This document shows positions 1 to 11,576 of a DNA stretch of 64,000 bases, one piece after another; position 1 is the stretch's first letter; each line of letters starts with the position of its first letter. The stretch is from positions 1,519,341 through 1,583,340 of the forward strand of contig CAJINV010000007.1 in the NCBI GenBank assembly GCA_905178155.1. The letters are read 5' to 3'. The notes beneath the pieces are model-generated. The model was not told the DNA's origin. It was given only the letters and a program-made list of their open reading frames with translations, and did not search any database. This DNA comes from Amoebophrya sp. A120 (taxonomy: Eukaryota > Protista > Dinoflagellata). The translations under genes and the position numbers were made by a program.

Positions 1-2071
1 GAAAGCTGCTGCTACTGGTGGCCCTGTTGATACTACTGATAGTACAACTACAGCAGGAGCTGCAACAGCGGCAGTGGACCCGCAAAGTAAAACCACGAAG
101 ACGCAACAGCAGGCTCCTCCGGGTAAGATCTCTACGACACTGCTGGCAAACAACAACAATAACGTAGGAACACCCGCAGAGATCAACATAGACATACCGA
201 GAGCTGCTTCTTCGAAAACGGCAGCGGGGCCACCACCAATCGTGCCACCTAGTAGACGAACCACGAAGGCGAAATCTTCACCGGCAGACGAGAAGCAGAA
301 CAAGATACAGTTCAATAGAAATTTGATCCAGCCCGAAGTGAACATCAATGCGTCCCACCCGGGGCTGATCGTCGATTTGACCGCCTCCCACGCGATTATC
401 GCGGTGGACACGGCGCCGAACGAAAAGGAGAAACTGTTTGAAGTGGATCCGCTGACCGGGGCGGTCAACTGGAAGAACCCCATGAGCGAGAAGTCCATGG
501 CCGCGAAGCGCGCGGTGGACTACGCGGCCCAAGACGTCGGGGAGACGAAGCAGTTTTGGCAGCAGATGGTGCAAACCGGGGGGAATAAAACGCAGGCGAT
601 GAAGATGGTGACCGCACGGGGGCCAAAACAAGATGGAGCAGGAAATAAGACCGTCAAATTTGGCGCAGCTCAGGATTACGAGCCGACTGCGGTTCATCTC
701 GCAGAAGAAAACGTGGCGGATATGACGTACTTATATTTATTAGCATAGCAAACCTTACGTAGTGTTTTGTGATTTCATGGAAAAATACTAGTTTGACTTT
801 GGCACGAAAAGTAGCACTTTTTTTCTCTAAAAAATGATCTTCTGCAGCTTCTGCCTGTCATCGACTTGTTTATGTTGATCTATCAAAAGTTAGTAGAAGG
901 AAAATCAGAAACCAAAACTCCACGAATACGAAAACGAATCACTTTCACAGCGCATCCCAGCTGGGTGCCCAGGGTAAAACAGTTCAAGTTTTCCGCAAAA
1001 CCAAGACCGGACGGGGGACGCAAGCTCCCCGGGAAACTGAGTTTGTGCTCCTGCACCTGCCGCAGGAATCCCAAACGGATATTCTGCCGGGAGGCGGGCC
1101 TCAGCGGAATATGCGGCGGAAGCGCGGCCCTTTGTCAACGGATAACTTGTACGGGAACCCCCAAAGTTATGGACTTCTCAAATGTTACATTCTCAACTGT
1201 TACATGAATTTGTAATGCAAGACTGGCAAAAGTGAAAGGAGGAAGATTGCGCCTTTTGCATTACAAGAAGTTTAGCGCAGATTCAGATGCTGCTTAGCCC
1301 TTCCGAGATTTGTCATGCGAAGCAGCTCGATCATCTGCCGGCTGAAGGTGCTTTTGCATGACAAATTCATGTAGCAGTTGAGAATGTAACGTTTGAGAAC
1401 GCCATAAAAGTATGAACAAGATAAACGGGACGTTTCAACCCACCGCTACGCACCTAGTACAAACCGGACGACCTGCGAATTACGGCAGTATGGAGCCGAA
1501 CTCGTCTCGGCCGAGACCAACGCGAGACCCCTCCGATTCCGGCACGATTTTGCTGATCATTGTGTGCGTCGTGGCGGGTTTGGCACTGGTTGCGGGGATC
1601 GTCGTGACGATTGTGTGCTGCAGTAATTACGCGGCGGATTCGGGCCCTGCTTCGTCGGACACCGCGACAACGACTATCGGAGCAGCTGGTGCTGTATCTT
1701 CACCTCCAAGTGCTGTGTTGCAGCTTGGCGATGGAAGGCAACGTGGCGAAACCGAAAGAAAGTACGGCACTACTGGTGAGGACCGTAGTACTTCTAGTAC
1801 GGCCGCACTAGTACCTGCAGAACGTCGTAGTACAGAGACACAGTTGTCAGCAGCATCTGCGGCCGCACGAACCGATGCGGAAGATTCCCCGCCGGGTGAG
1901 AAAAATACGCAAGGGCAAGAAGTAGTACCACGTGCCGAAGATTCTGCTGTATCGTGGAGTCAATTCATCCAAGGAGAAAGTACACCGAGAACAAATAGCT
2001 ACTTGGCACTGAAAAAGCGCCACCAGAGAAGAGCCCGGACGGTGGTCGTCAAGAAGGACGTCGGCTTGTGA
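1..2071 (+). CDS. 5'-truncated gene, low-complexity single-pass membrane protein; exons <1..726, 951..1167, 1412..2071
   Basis: Frame open from the window start. GT-AG intron 727-950 joins in phase (AC|C). Removing introner 1168-1411 gives DNLYGNPQS-MNKING. TM segment ILLIIVCVVAGLALVAGIVVTIVCC. Confidence 0.7.
727..950 (+). other. Canonical GT-AG intron
   Basis: GTACTT...TTTCACAG, AT-rich, phase-compatible with flanking open frames. Confidence 0.7.
1168..1406. mobile_element. Introner, family B (TIR TATGG.TTCTCAAA.GTTACATTCTCAACTG)
   Basis: ~50-bp imperfect TIR; perfect DR AAAGT at 1163-1167 and 1407-1411; homologous to 41457 and 54016. Confidence 0.9.
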
Positions 2072-3104
2072 AGGGGCGTGTCTTGTTTCGATTTCCTTTT
2101 CATCGGTAGCTACAACTTCTCGACATGAATTTCAATTTTTCATCCTCTCCCTGACCCTGCAGTAGCTACCCGCCATGTTGAGTAAGTACGCTTATACTAT
2201 GTAAAGTAGTTTCTCCATTTAGATTTATCGGAAAGGCTTCCAGTACGGGAAGCTTACCTATGTATACTTCCCCTCGATGAAACAAAGTCAAAGTGTTTTG
2301 TCTCTGGAACGAGCACCCGTTGGTTGCACGAAGTTTTGTGTCTGGAGCAGCAATGAAGTCAACACGGTATAATTTCGAATGGAGCGCCTGTACGGCGCTG
2401 GGCTTTTTGGTCGGATCCTACTAGCCGGCACCTCCACGCCTGATATTTTCTCGACCTCGAGGCTCCACGTCCAGCTCGTTGAAGTTGAAAACGTGTACGT
2501 TATACTGGAAAAATCTGTGATAATTGCTTATGCTTCGTTGAAAATTGAATCTCGGTAGAAAGTATGGAAAGTTAGTCGGATTGTGCCGTGTGTTGTTTTT
2601 CCCTTCGGTTTGTGCCGTGCATTCATTGTTGCGTTCGCAACTCTTCGTGCCAAGAATTGACGGTAACTTTCGTCGCGGCAGGACTCGTCTTTCGTTCGTA
2701 CCACCTCCGCTCGTTCGGCTTCGGTCAAGCAATGTTTGTGTTTGGTGCTTCACAGCTGGTGACTTCTTGTACCATTTTTTGTGTGAATACTTCTCACTTT
2801 TGACTCGCTCAGCACGTGACCTCCAGGCTACCCGCAACAGTATATTTTAGGCGTTCTAGTCACCCCGAAGTCGATAGAGATATGGATGTGAAAGCTCTAC
2901 TTCTTACCCCCTTTCAAATTGAATTTTCATCATCGAAAATAAAAGCAAGTTCCTCAAAAAACCCAACTTGCTAAGCATACAGGTTCAACATTTCCGATCT
3001 CGGTAGAAGTTGTTTTAGAGTTTTTATTCCCCCCAAGTAGTAGTTCAACATCAACATCAACAACATCAAAAGTTAAAATCAATTGTCTATCTGCATGAGG
3101 GAGT

Positions 3105-6100
3105 ATGGCCGGTACGGGCGGGCTGGGCAATTCAGCTTTCGATAGTAGAAATTCTGAAAACAACAAGGTCCCCGATATATCCGTCGTGCCCCGCAACCAG
3201 CGGCGTCACCAGCAGCACGCGCGAGGCAAGAAGCACGCGACTTTCGACCCCCACCCCGAGGCGCAGAGTCCGCACGCGTTTCGGAAACGGAAAAGAGAGG
3301 AGGAGGCTCTCCTAAGGGCAGCGAGGACCAGCCAGGCCGATTACAACAAATCTAGCAGTACCGAACAAGCTTCCGCCCTTCTTCTTTCTGCGGAAAAGAA
3401 TTACGAAGAAGGAAGTGGAGCGGGCGCTTCGATCGTAGCCGGGACTACATCAACATCTACCGGAGAAAACCGAAGAAATTCTGTTTCCTCGTCCACCACG
3501 GCCAGCTCCACACCCGTCGTGCTTTTAAACTCCAGCAGCGTACCCGCGGCAAAGTATTCGACAACTACTTCTGATTTAGCGATCCACCAAAATCCCTTTT
3601 ACGCGAAACGAGAAGCAAGAGGTGAGCGCGCCATGGACATAATCGTTCCCGATATCTCAGGCAAAGCGCGGTTTCCTCCGCCACCTCCTGCTAATGAAAA
3701 AAATCGCGGACAACCCCCGCCGCCGCGGCAAGCCAGCGAAGGGGAGAAGGGTCCGGCGAGCACGGAAATAGAAATAGGGCATCAAGAGGGAGGGTCTTCT
3801 TTACCACCAGGGGGCGATCAGAGAGCCAGCATCTCTTCAGCCGAGACAATGGGCGAGGTGCTGACCAATGAAGAGATGCTGCAGAGCTTTGCGAATTTCA
3901 CCAGGAACCGGCAGCTGCAGCAGGAATTTGAAAAGACGAAACAGGCCGGAATGATCACAAGTAGTACTCAGGAACAAGTCGACAAGAACACTGGTATGGT
4001 CGTCAACAACACATCTTCTACTGGAGAAGATAATGTAACGAGCAGAGAGGGAGGTGATCAAGGTCAAGAACAAGACTCGCGGTCGAAAAGTAAGGATAGC
4101 ACGAACCCCGCGACGACCTCCAATACAGTGGTCAGTAAGCATCAGAAAAAAGATGATCTCGTCCAACCGAATAGCAAGGGAAGCAAAGACCACGCAGAGC
4201 AGGAAAACAATAGGAGCCCCGCATCTACTTCTCCGAATGTTGCGGCCGCGGGCACCGAAGTTTCAGCTGCAGAGCAGAAGATCCGCGACGACATTGCGCT
4301 CCGAAAGGACCACAAGAAGCAGTTTGATAATGCCGGCTCTGTAGTTCTGCCGGCAACTACTGCAACACAGCAGGAGTCGGCGGTACATAAGAACGGTAAA
4401 GAGAAAGTAGATAAAGGTTCTTCGCATGTTGAACATAATAAAGAGCAGAAGAAGCTGCACAAAGATCATGATGTTTCAGTCGCGCCCCCAAGGATGAAAG
4501 AAAAAGAAGTAGAGAAAGACAAGCACGGGTCTACAACTCCTCGCTCTGGAGGCACCCGTTCGGAGAGCAGGCAAAGAATCCAGCAGGAGGCGGACGAGCT
4601 GCTGCGAAGCTACGAAAAGCAGAAATCCAGCTTGCAGCGAGAGCTGGACCGTATGTCCGACGAGCGCAGCCGAAAGAGCGTGCTCGAGGAGGACGGCGGC
4701 GCGAAGAACCTAACGAATTCCACTCGGCGGGGGCACCACAAATTTTCGCGCAGCGGGAGAGATGACCACGGGTCCTCCACCTCCGTCGATAGAGAAAAAC
4801 ACCAGGACCAGCGGTGGGTCCGGCACATGGATAGTATCCACAGCGAGCTAGACGAACGAGACAAAAATCAAGCGAAACTTCTTAGAAATGCTTCTGGTAA
4901 AAGAGGGCATGATCATCGACATGATAAGCATAGAAAAGGAGCTGATCAAGACTACAGCAGTGGCTCGGACGGGCGGTCGCGGCGGGCGGGGCAGCCGCGG
5001 CGGGTGGATCTTACCCGGGGGAGGTCCAAAGAGGAACTGCTAAGGCGAATAGAGCAACTCGAACGTGGAAAAGGGAAAACGCTAGTACGGGGCCGCAGTC
5101 GCAGTCCGCCCCCAGCGGGGGGAATAAATAGAGCTGAACTACGTGAAAGGAACAACAACAACTCGGATCAGGCCAGAGGACAAGAGACTTCGTCTTCGGA
5201 CGATTTGTTGAAGAGGATCGAGCAACTAGAGCGGGATCATGCAGCTGCGACAGCGGCGGAACGTGCATCCTCTTCCCGCGGGGAGCAGCAGCATTTAGGA
5301 GGAAAAGCAACAACTACAGCTTTAGGAAAAAGTTATGCTCCACCTTCTACAAGGAACAGTGCCGGAGCCGGAGACGCTCCGCCTTCCGGAACGAGTGGGA
5401 ACAAGATGAAGAACGAGCTACCTAATGACCACACACCTGTGACCTTCGACGTCCAGTTAACGGATGATACTGCTGATCCCACGTCCGTGCCGGGCTTGCT
5501 GCAGGACCGCAAGCACAAGCCGGTCTCCGCGGCGTCGATCGGTTCCGCGCTAGTACGGCCCCCCGACCTGTCCAATCCGCAGCGCTCGTCCAAGCGGCGG
5601 CACAACATCGTTTCGGTAGATTCTAAGATCATGCAACTGGACTCGGAGCGGGCACTGACCATGCGCGCGGCCGTCACCGCCGCCATGGCCTTTCGCTCGG
5701 TCTACAACGACGGCAAGGCGACGCGGGAGCGGATAAACAAAGCCCTGGCCGCTGGGCGGGAGAGGAACAACGGTGTCGGTGAGAATAAACGGCCGAGCCG
5801 AAACGGCAACAACAAGGCCTCAGTTCCCACATCTTCAACTCCCGGCGGCGTTGTTGTTCCAGAAAAGAATAAAATCGTCGACACCTCCGAGGTATTCAAG
5901 GACGTGCCGGCTGCGGAAGCGCTGCTGCGGAAAAGCCGGGCGCTGTTGGCAAAAGTCGAAGCGTCTGAAAGAGAAATTCTCGGGTTGAGCACAACCGGTG
6001 GTGAGCAAGTGAACAATAATACTAACTCCTCCATGGCCCTCCTCCCCGCAGGTACGTCTTCAGGTGGTGTTGACAACTTTAGAAATTTAGTGCCTGGAAG

Positions 6101-7404
6101 TGAAAAAGAGAATCATGCAAGTACCAGTCCTGCGTCCGCCGCCGCCGAGCAAGAACTTCCACCCGGCGGGGGCCCCGGCGCCGCGATAGTGGATCTGCCG
6201 TTGCCGACCTTCGACGAGATAGACGCGGAGGCGAAGGTGACCGCGGCTCTGTTGTTGAGTAGCACCACCACGAGCCCCCGCACCGCCAGTCCGGAGCCCG
6301 CGAAACTTGCCGACCTGGTGGCCGAGGGCGAGACTTTGCTGCACGAGGACCTGGAACGAGCCCACATCGACGAAAGCGAGGAGGGCAAAATGAACCTCGA
6401 GCGCGCCAGCCAAGCCTCCACTACCAGCGCGTTTTTGCGCAGGAAAGAGAGAACCAGCACCGCCCTGAAACCAATGCGGCAGCTCTCCATTCCGGAGGGG
6501 GAGTGGTTACCCAGAAACTTAAACAAAGTGCAAGGGGTTGTACTAGGCGACCAAGAAATCGCAGCCGCCACAGCCGAGGACTTAGAGCAGGCCGTCCGCG
6601 CCATGGGGAGCGGGATCAGCATCGGGTCATCAGCTTCTACTGGTAAAAATGGTGCTGCTACGCAGGGACCTCCACTACAGAAGCTCCAGCAACTCCTTGC
6701 GCTGTTGGATCAAGAGGAAAGTGGTACACCAAGTAGTGGTGCAGTACTTCTTTCTGGCAACAACAACAAGCGCTCCTCGAACAAGTTTACTGGCGAAGAT
6801 GATGATGATGCTTATGATGATTCCGAAAACGACGAGGACATGGACAATAACATGCTGGGTCAGGACGTGGTAATCGCGGTGACACTCTTGCAGAGACTGG
6901 CGAGGCTCGGGAATGGGTCGGTGGAAGCGATGAGCGACATTTTGGACGGGCTCGAGCGCGACCAAAACGTCTCGGGTTTGACCGGCGTGGACATCTTCTG
7001 GGAACACGAACACATGGTCGCACGCATTCTGCGCGAACACGTATTGATTTTTAGGCCCCTGCTGTTTTCACATTTTGGGTTTTCGTTCCCAGAAGACCTT
7101 CGCAACTACTCGTATGGTTCTGATCACCTGTAGATGTAGCACTTCTACTTCGGTAGGAAGGCGGCCACTGCTTTGAATTATGGGGTAGCACGATATTGAT
7201 AGAGATAATCGCTTGCTGCGCGCTAGCGCCTTTTTACATTATGTTGTGATTTTGATAAACATAAATACAACACCGAAAATACAGGAACTCGCGCGGCCGG
7301 CTTTCGGAGATGCGTACCACAGCCCATTTGACCCACTGTCTCCGATATCCCCAGCAAAAACAGTAAGAACTTCCTGGCACGCTGGGGATGCATGTGATGC
7401 ATGA
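3105..7404 (+). CDS. Large low-complexity, partly coiled-coil hypothetical protein (~1350 aa); exons 3105..7040, 7285..7404
   Basis: 1342-aa ORF. Putative phase-0 GT-AG intron 7041-7284 joins REH|ELARPAF. Last exon is tentative. Confidence 0.7.
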
Positions 7405-7770
7405 CATTTGTGTACTTGTTCGTATTGTTGTCATGAGTCGGACACCTCTCTTTGAGGTGGTAGTTTTTCTTTTCTCTGAATGTAGTGTACTCGTTCCGTT
7501 TCCATGCAAGAGCGTGCAGGCAGTTTTTGCAGTGGATAGCCGAGTTTAAGGTCTCTCGGTGCAAGGTCAAGTTGAACGTGCAGCATATGCGGCAAAGGAG
7601 TCGGTTGTGGTTCGAAGATTTTCACAAGACCAGCTTCATAGACGTAGTGTAGGCAGTCATAAATTAGGCTTTGCTCCTCATTTTTTCAGTACTCAATTCG
7701 TAACTATTCTTTCAAAATTATTGTGTTGATCTCTTTCTCTTCAGTGTATGTTTCTGTCGGAGTGCCAGCA

Positions 7771-8040
7771 GTTTTCAAAACGAAACAGTACGAGGAAGCT
7801 TTTGGTTTTGGTGCCGGTTTGTTCTTCCGGTGTCCGCTTCCCCAGGAAGAAGATTGCCCGACATTTCAATGCAGGGCACTTTGCCCCCCTCGTTGTTCGC
7901 TTCCTTTTCGCGAGGAGCAATGTGTGTTACTGTATGTGGCCGCATAGCGCGTTCGCGTTGCCGTGCTCGGTGTGCGCACTGTCTTATTTTGAAGTTAACG
8001 GAGCTGCTCCTCTTCAATCTTGCGACAGTGCTCTGCTCTC
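7771..8040. repeat. Non-coding module, diverged copy 1 (copy 2 at 16051-16300)
   Basis: Shared blocks TTTT(C/G)AAAACGAAA(C/G)AGTACGA and GATTGCCC(G/A)ACATTTCAATGCA in the same order with similar spacing. Confidence 0.7.
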
Positions 8041-8813
8041 TATCATGCACGTGGGTGCTTGTTTTCCTCACCGTCTCGGTGCCGAGACAATTGTTTCTCG
8101 GTACCAAACACTGCAGAAAGGATATTAGCGCCAGCGATGAAAATTTCACTTGCTCGGTAGATGAGAGTGAAACAAGCGCATGTATCGTTGCTGGAGCTTC
8201 TCAACATGACTAGTCGGTTCTTCGATGCTGTTCGTCCACAATAAAGTCAATTTCTAGAAGTCGTGTCTTTCTTTCTCGTTCGGTTGGAAAGATTTGAATG
8301 TTGGTATACAAACCTCGGTATTACTATTAGCGCTAACATTTCGTTTTCGTCCAGCTGTCGCTCTGGTCGTCATTGCGTACCTGTGATGAACTCGTGCAAG
8401 GGATGAACAAAACTTCGTCCTGAAGATAGCAGCTTCTTGATGTATGACCTCTGTTGAAGATGAGTCTAATTACTCTTCCGCAACCATCTACATTTCTGGA
8501 ATGAGATAAAGTAAACAGGATTTTTGTCACACGACAAAGAATTCCGATTCCCTTCCCCCTACTACAACTTGAAAAAGATAGAACTTACTCTTGTTTTTAA
8601 TCACCTTTGTTCTCAGCCCTTTTTGTTTTTACAACTCGACACGAATCCGACTTGCTGTACCACCACCTGCTCTTCATTTGCTACGCTCCTCGTCTAGGAA
8701 GTGAGAAAATCCTCTACGTACCAGGTGGATTGCTTTTTCTTGCAACACTTCCATTCTTGTCACAAAACCCAAGCCCCTGTGCATCTCTACTTCGTGCAAA
8801 AACAGAGACAAAA

Positions 8814-11212
8814 ATGTCCTGGGTCGTGTTGGCGCCGGTGTGGTGGGTTTTTCGCAAAATGGACGAAGTTGTCGATGAGTACACCGACCACAGCGGTAGC
8901 TATCCACTCCTAGTCCATCCTTCCATTTTGTGAACATACAATTCCCAGGTTTTTCATTTGAAGCTTATGTGGTCTATTACTATTGTGCATGAATATACTT
9001 ACTTATCTATGAGAAGTCATCTTGCTCAGTGGCCAACAGAATAGATACTGTACAACTCTGGCGTTGTCCGCATACTCTAGTGTTGAAGGCACAGAGGTGC
9101 TACCAAGTTTTTCGGAAGTCAAGGCTCTTTGTGTAAGTATGCTTGGTGATGATCATGACCACAATGGGGACTGAAAGGATCCCGCTTGCAATTGCGGACC
9201 CTGTAGTTTGTTTGAGGAATTGGATATAAATGTAAGGCCATTTTGGTTTTGCTGGGATAACCCTGAGGAAATCGACATGAATGCCCCGATCAGACTGGCC
9301 CGGCAGGAAGAAGAAGAAGATGAAAACGCGAGGAAGTGTTTCTCGCGCTGTGGACGATTTATTTCCTTGCGAATGATGATTCGACTCACGCTCTTTCTCC
9401 TCCTTACTGTTCTTGGTGCGCTTTTTTATCTTTTCCTGTACTCGTCCGGCCATAATGTTCAGACGAGTTGCGCAAACGAAGGAACAGGTTGGCCGTGGTG
9501 CTATCTTTTGCAACAAAAAAGCTCCACTGAGTCGTGGTCCGGTACTAAACGTGAAGACGCACAAGAAGCTGGTACGTCGAGCGGGGATCATGGTACCGTG
9601 GGCGGCCAGCAATGGGTGGGCGAGCGGGCACATGTTGACAGGGATCCGCAGTATGACTTCGTTCCGGAAGGGACGGAGATGGACCACAAGAAGAGCCCGG
9701 TTCTGACTGGGAATGGTGATCATATGAAGCATCTGCCAAAGCGTGAATCTGATCGCCAGGCTCCACCTGCAACAATCAAAAACGGGGAGGACGGAGGCAG
9801 TAGCCTCCCGCGGCCGCCGAAGATCGCACAGGACGCAGCTACTGCTGGCGCCACTTCGGCTGGGGGGGACAAAAATAAACAGCACGGAAAAATGGCGCCG
9901 AATTTTTTAGACGAAAACGCATCTTCCAGGACCGGGAGACCATCAAACCGGGGCGGATTCGGGGAGCTCTTAAAAAATGCAGCTCCGGATGATGAAACGC
10001 CGGCGGGAGAGAAGGTACTAATTGATAGTGATCCGTATGAATATGAGGAAATCAATTTCGAACTGTGTCACTGTTTTAAGCGAAGCCAATCAATCTCGGA
10101 CTTCATCGTCCTCTTTGTCGGTGATTTCGTCCAAAATTAACAAACAGGCGACCCCAGCACAAGAACCAGGCTCGGATCTGCAGCTCGGAATCCCGAATAC
10201 TGAGGATCCGGGGGAGGGAAAGCATCAAAAGCCGCACGATCAAAATGTGCTCGAAACACACGAGAACCACGGGGAGACCACGAGCGAAGAACGACCGCAA
10301 ATGAGCCAGGGCTCTCAGGGACTCCAGCGCGCTGGGGCAACTTCAAGTGCTCCGGGGAGGTCTGAGTTTTCCTCGGGCTTTTTGGAAATTGTCCGACGTC
10401 ATACTGCTTGTTTATTTCCTGCTGGTTCTTCTAGCTCGTCGGAATCGGTGGATCCAACTACAGCAACACATGAAGAAAAAGAAAAAGAAGCAGAAGAAGC
10501 GCCAGCATCTACTCCACGAGCAATGACGTATGAGGAGGGCGTCCAGATGCTGCAGGAGCTGATCGTTGAGGAAGTCGGAAAAGCTGACCACAAAGCCGAA
10601 AAAAAGGAAACAAAAGAAAAGATGGGTGACCTGTTCCCTAAGACCATCCAATTCCTACGGATGGAGGACACCAAAAAGATTTTTCTGCTATGGGGCCAGT
10701 ACAAGGCTGAGCTACATGATCAACCGGCGGAAGCTGCGAAGATGGAACGAAGAGAAGGTGACTCGACCTGGGATATCGTCCAACGTGCGTTGCAAGGGGG
10801 GGGGGAGAATGCCGCCGACGGTTTGCGCCGTCAGGGCCAGTTCCTGGCTCTCAGTGGGACAATCGCAACGACGTTCGTGGACAGTGTCAGCAAGAGCCAC
10901 GAAGAACATCTGGATCAACTTGAAGGGATCACTGCTGTCCTGAAATCAAAAGACGGACAAATCCTCGCGTTTGGCGATCGTGGCCTTCTCACATGGTATG
11001 AAAATGCTCAGCGGCAACATGCTGGGAAGTATCGGATTGTCAAAGGCGACGATCCAGCAGAGCCAGATGGAGAAGATGTGAGGTCCCTGTACCAAAATGA
11101 AAAACTTCGCCTCCGCCCCATATTCAAAAAGGAATTTCTCGTTCCGGATTTGCGTACACAGATGAAGTTGTCATGTCAGAACGTAACAGCTACGGCGAAA
11201 GCGAATACATAA
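8814..11212 (+). CDS. Putative membrane-anchored or secreted protein (~680 aa), paralog of 11577-14281; exons 8814..8895, 9045..9132, 9207..10014, 10148..11212
   Basis: Three phase-compatible GT-AG introns (first two tentative; alternative ATG at 9277). TM LTLFLLLTVLGALFYLFLYS. C-terminal domain FPKTIQFLRMEDTKKIF. Confidence 0.6.
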
Positions 11213-11576
11213 GGCTGCCAGGCATGGGAAAGCGCTCAGCAGGAGTCCAATGCCTGTAAGTGCAGCTCAACAGGAGTCCACTGCTTTGCGTGGAATATCA
11301 TGACAAATCCCCAGAAAGCCAGGCATCGGCTGCGTCTCTTTGCCTTCTATTGTTTAATCATACGAATTCAATAATATTTTTGGACACAAATGATCCGAGA
11401 AAACCGGCTGGCCTGATCCTGATAGCGTCCGCGCTGGAAGGAAGCAGCCGCGCCCGTATGCGCGCGGCCGTTTGACCATCCGCCTTCAACCGGGAACCTT
11501 GGTCTTCTTCAGGCTGGAGGGAAGAGTAGCACGTAGCAGCCCGCCAAGGGACATACTACCAGCATCATCTTCACGC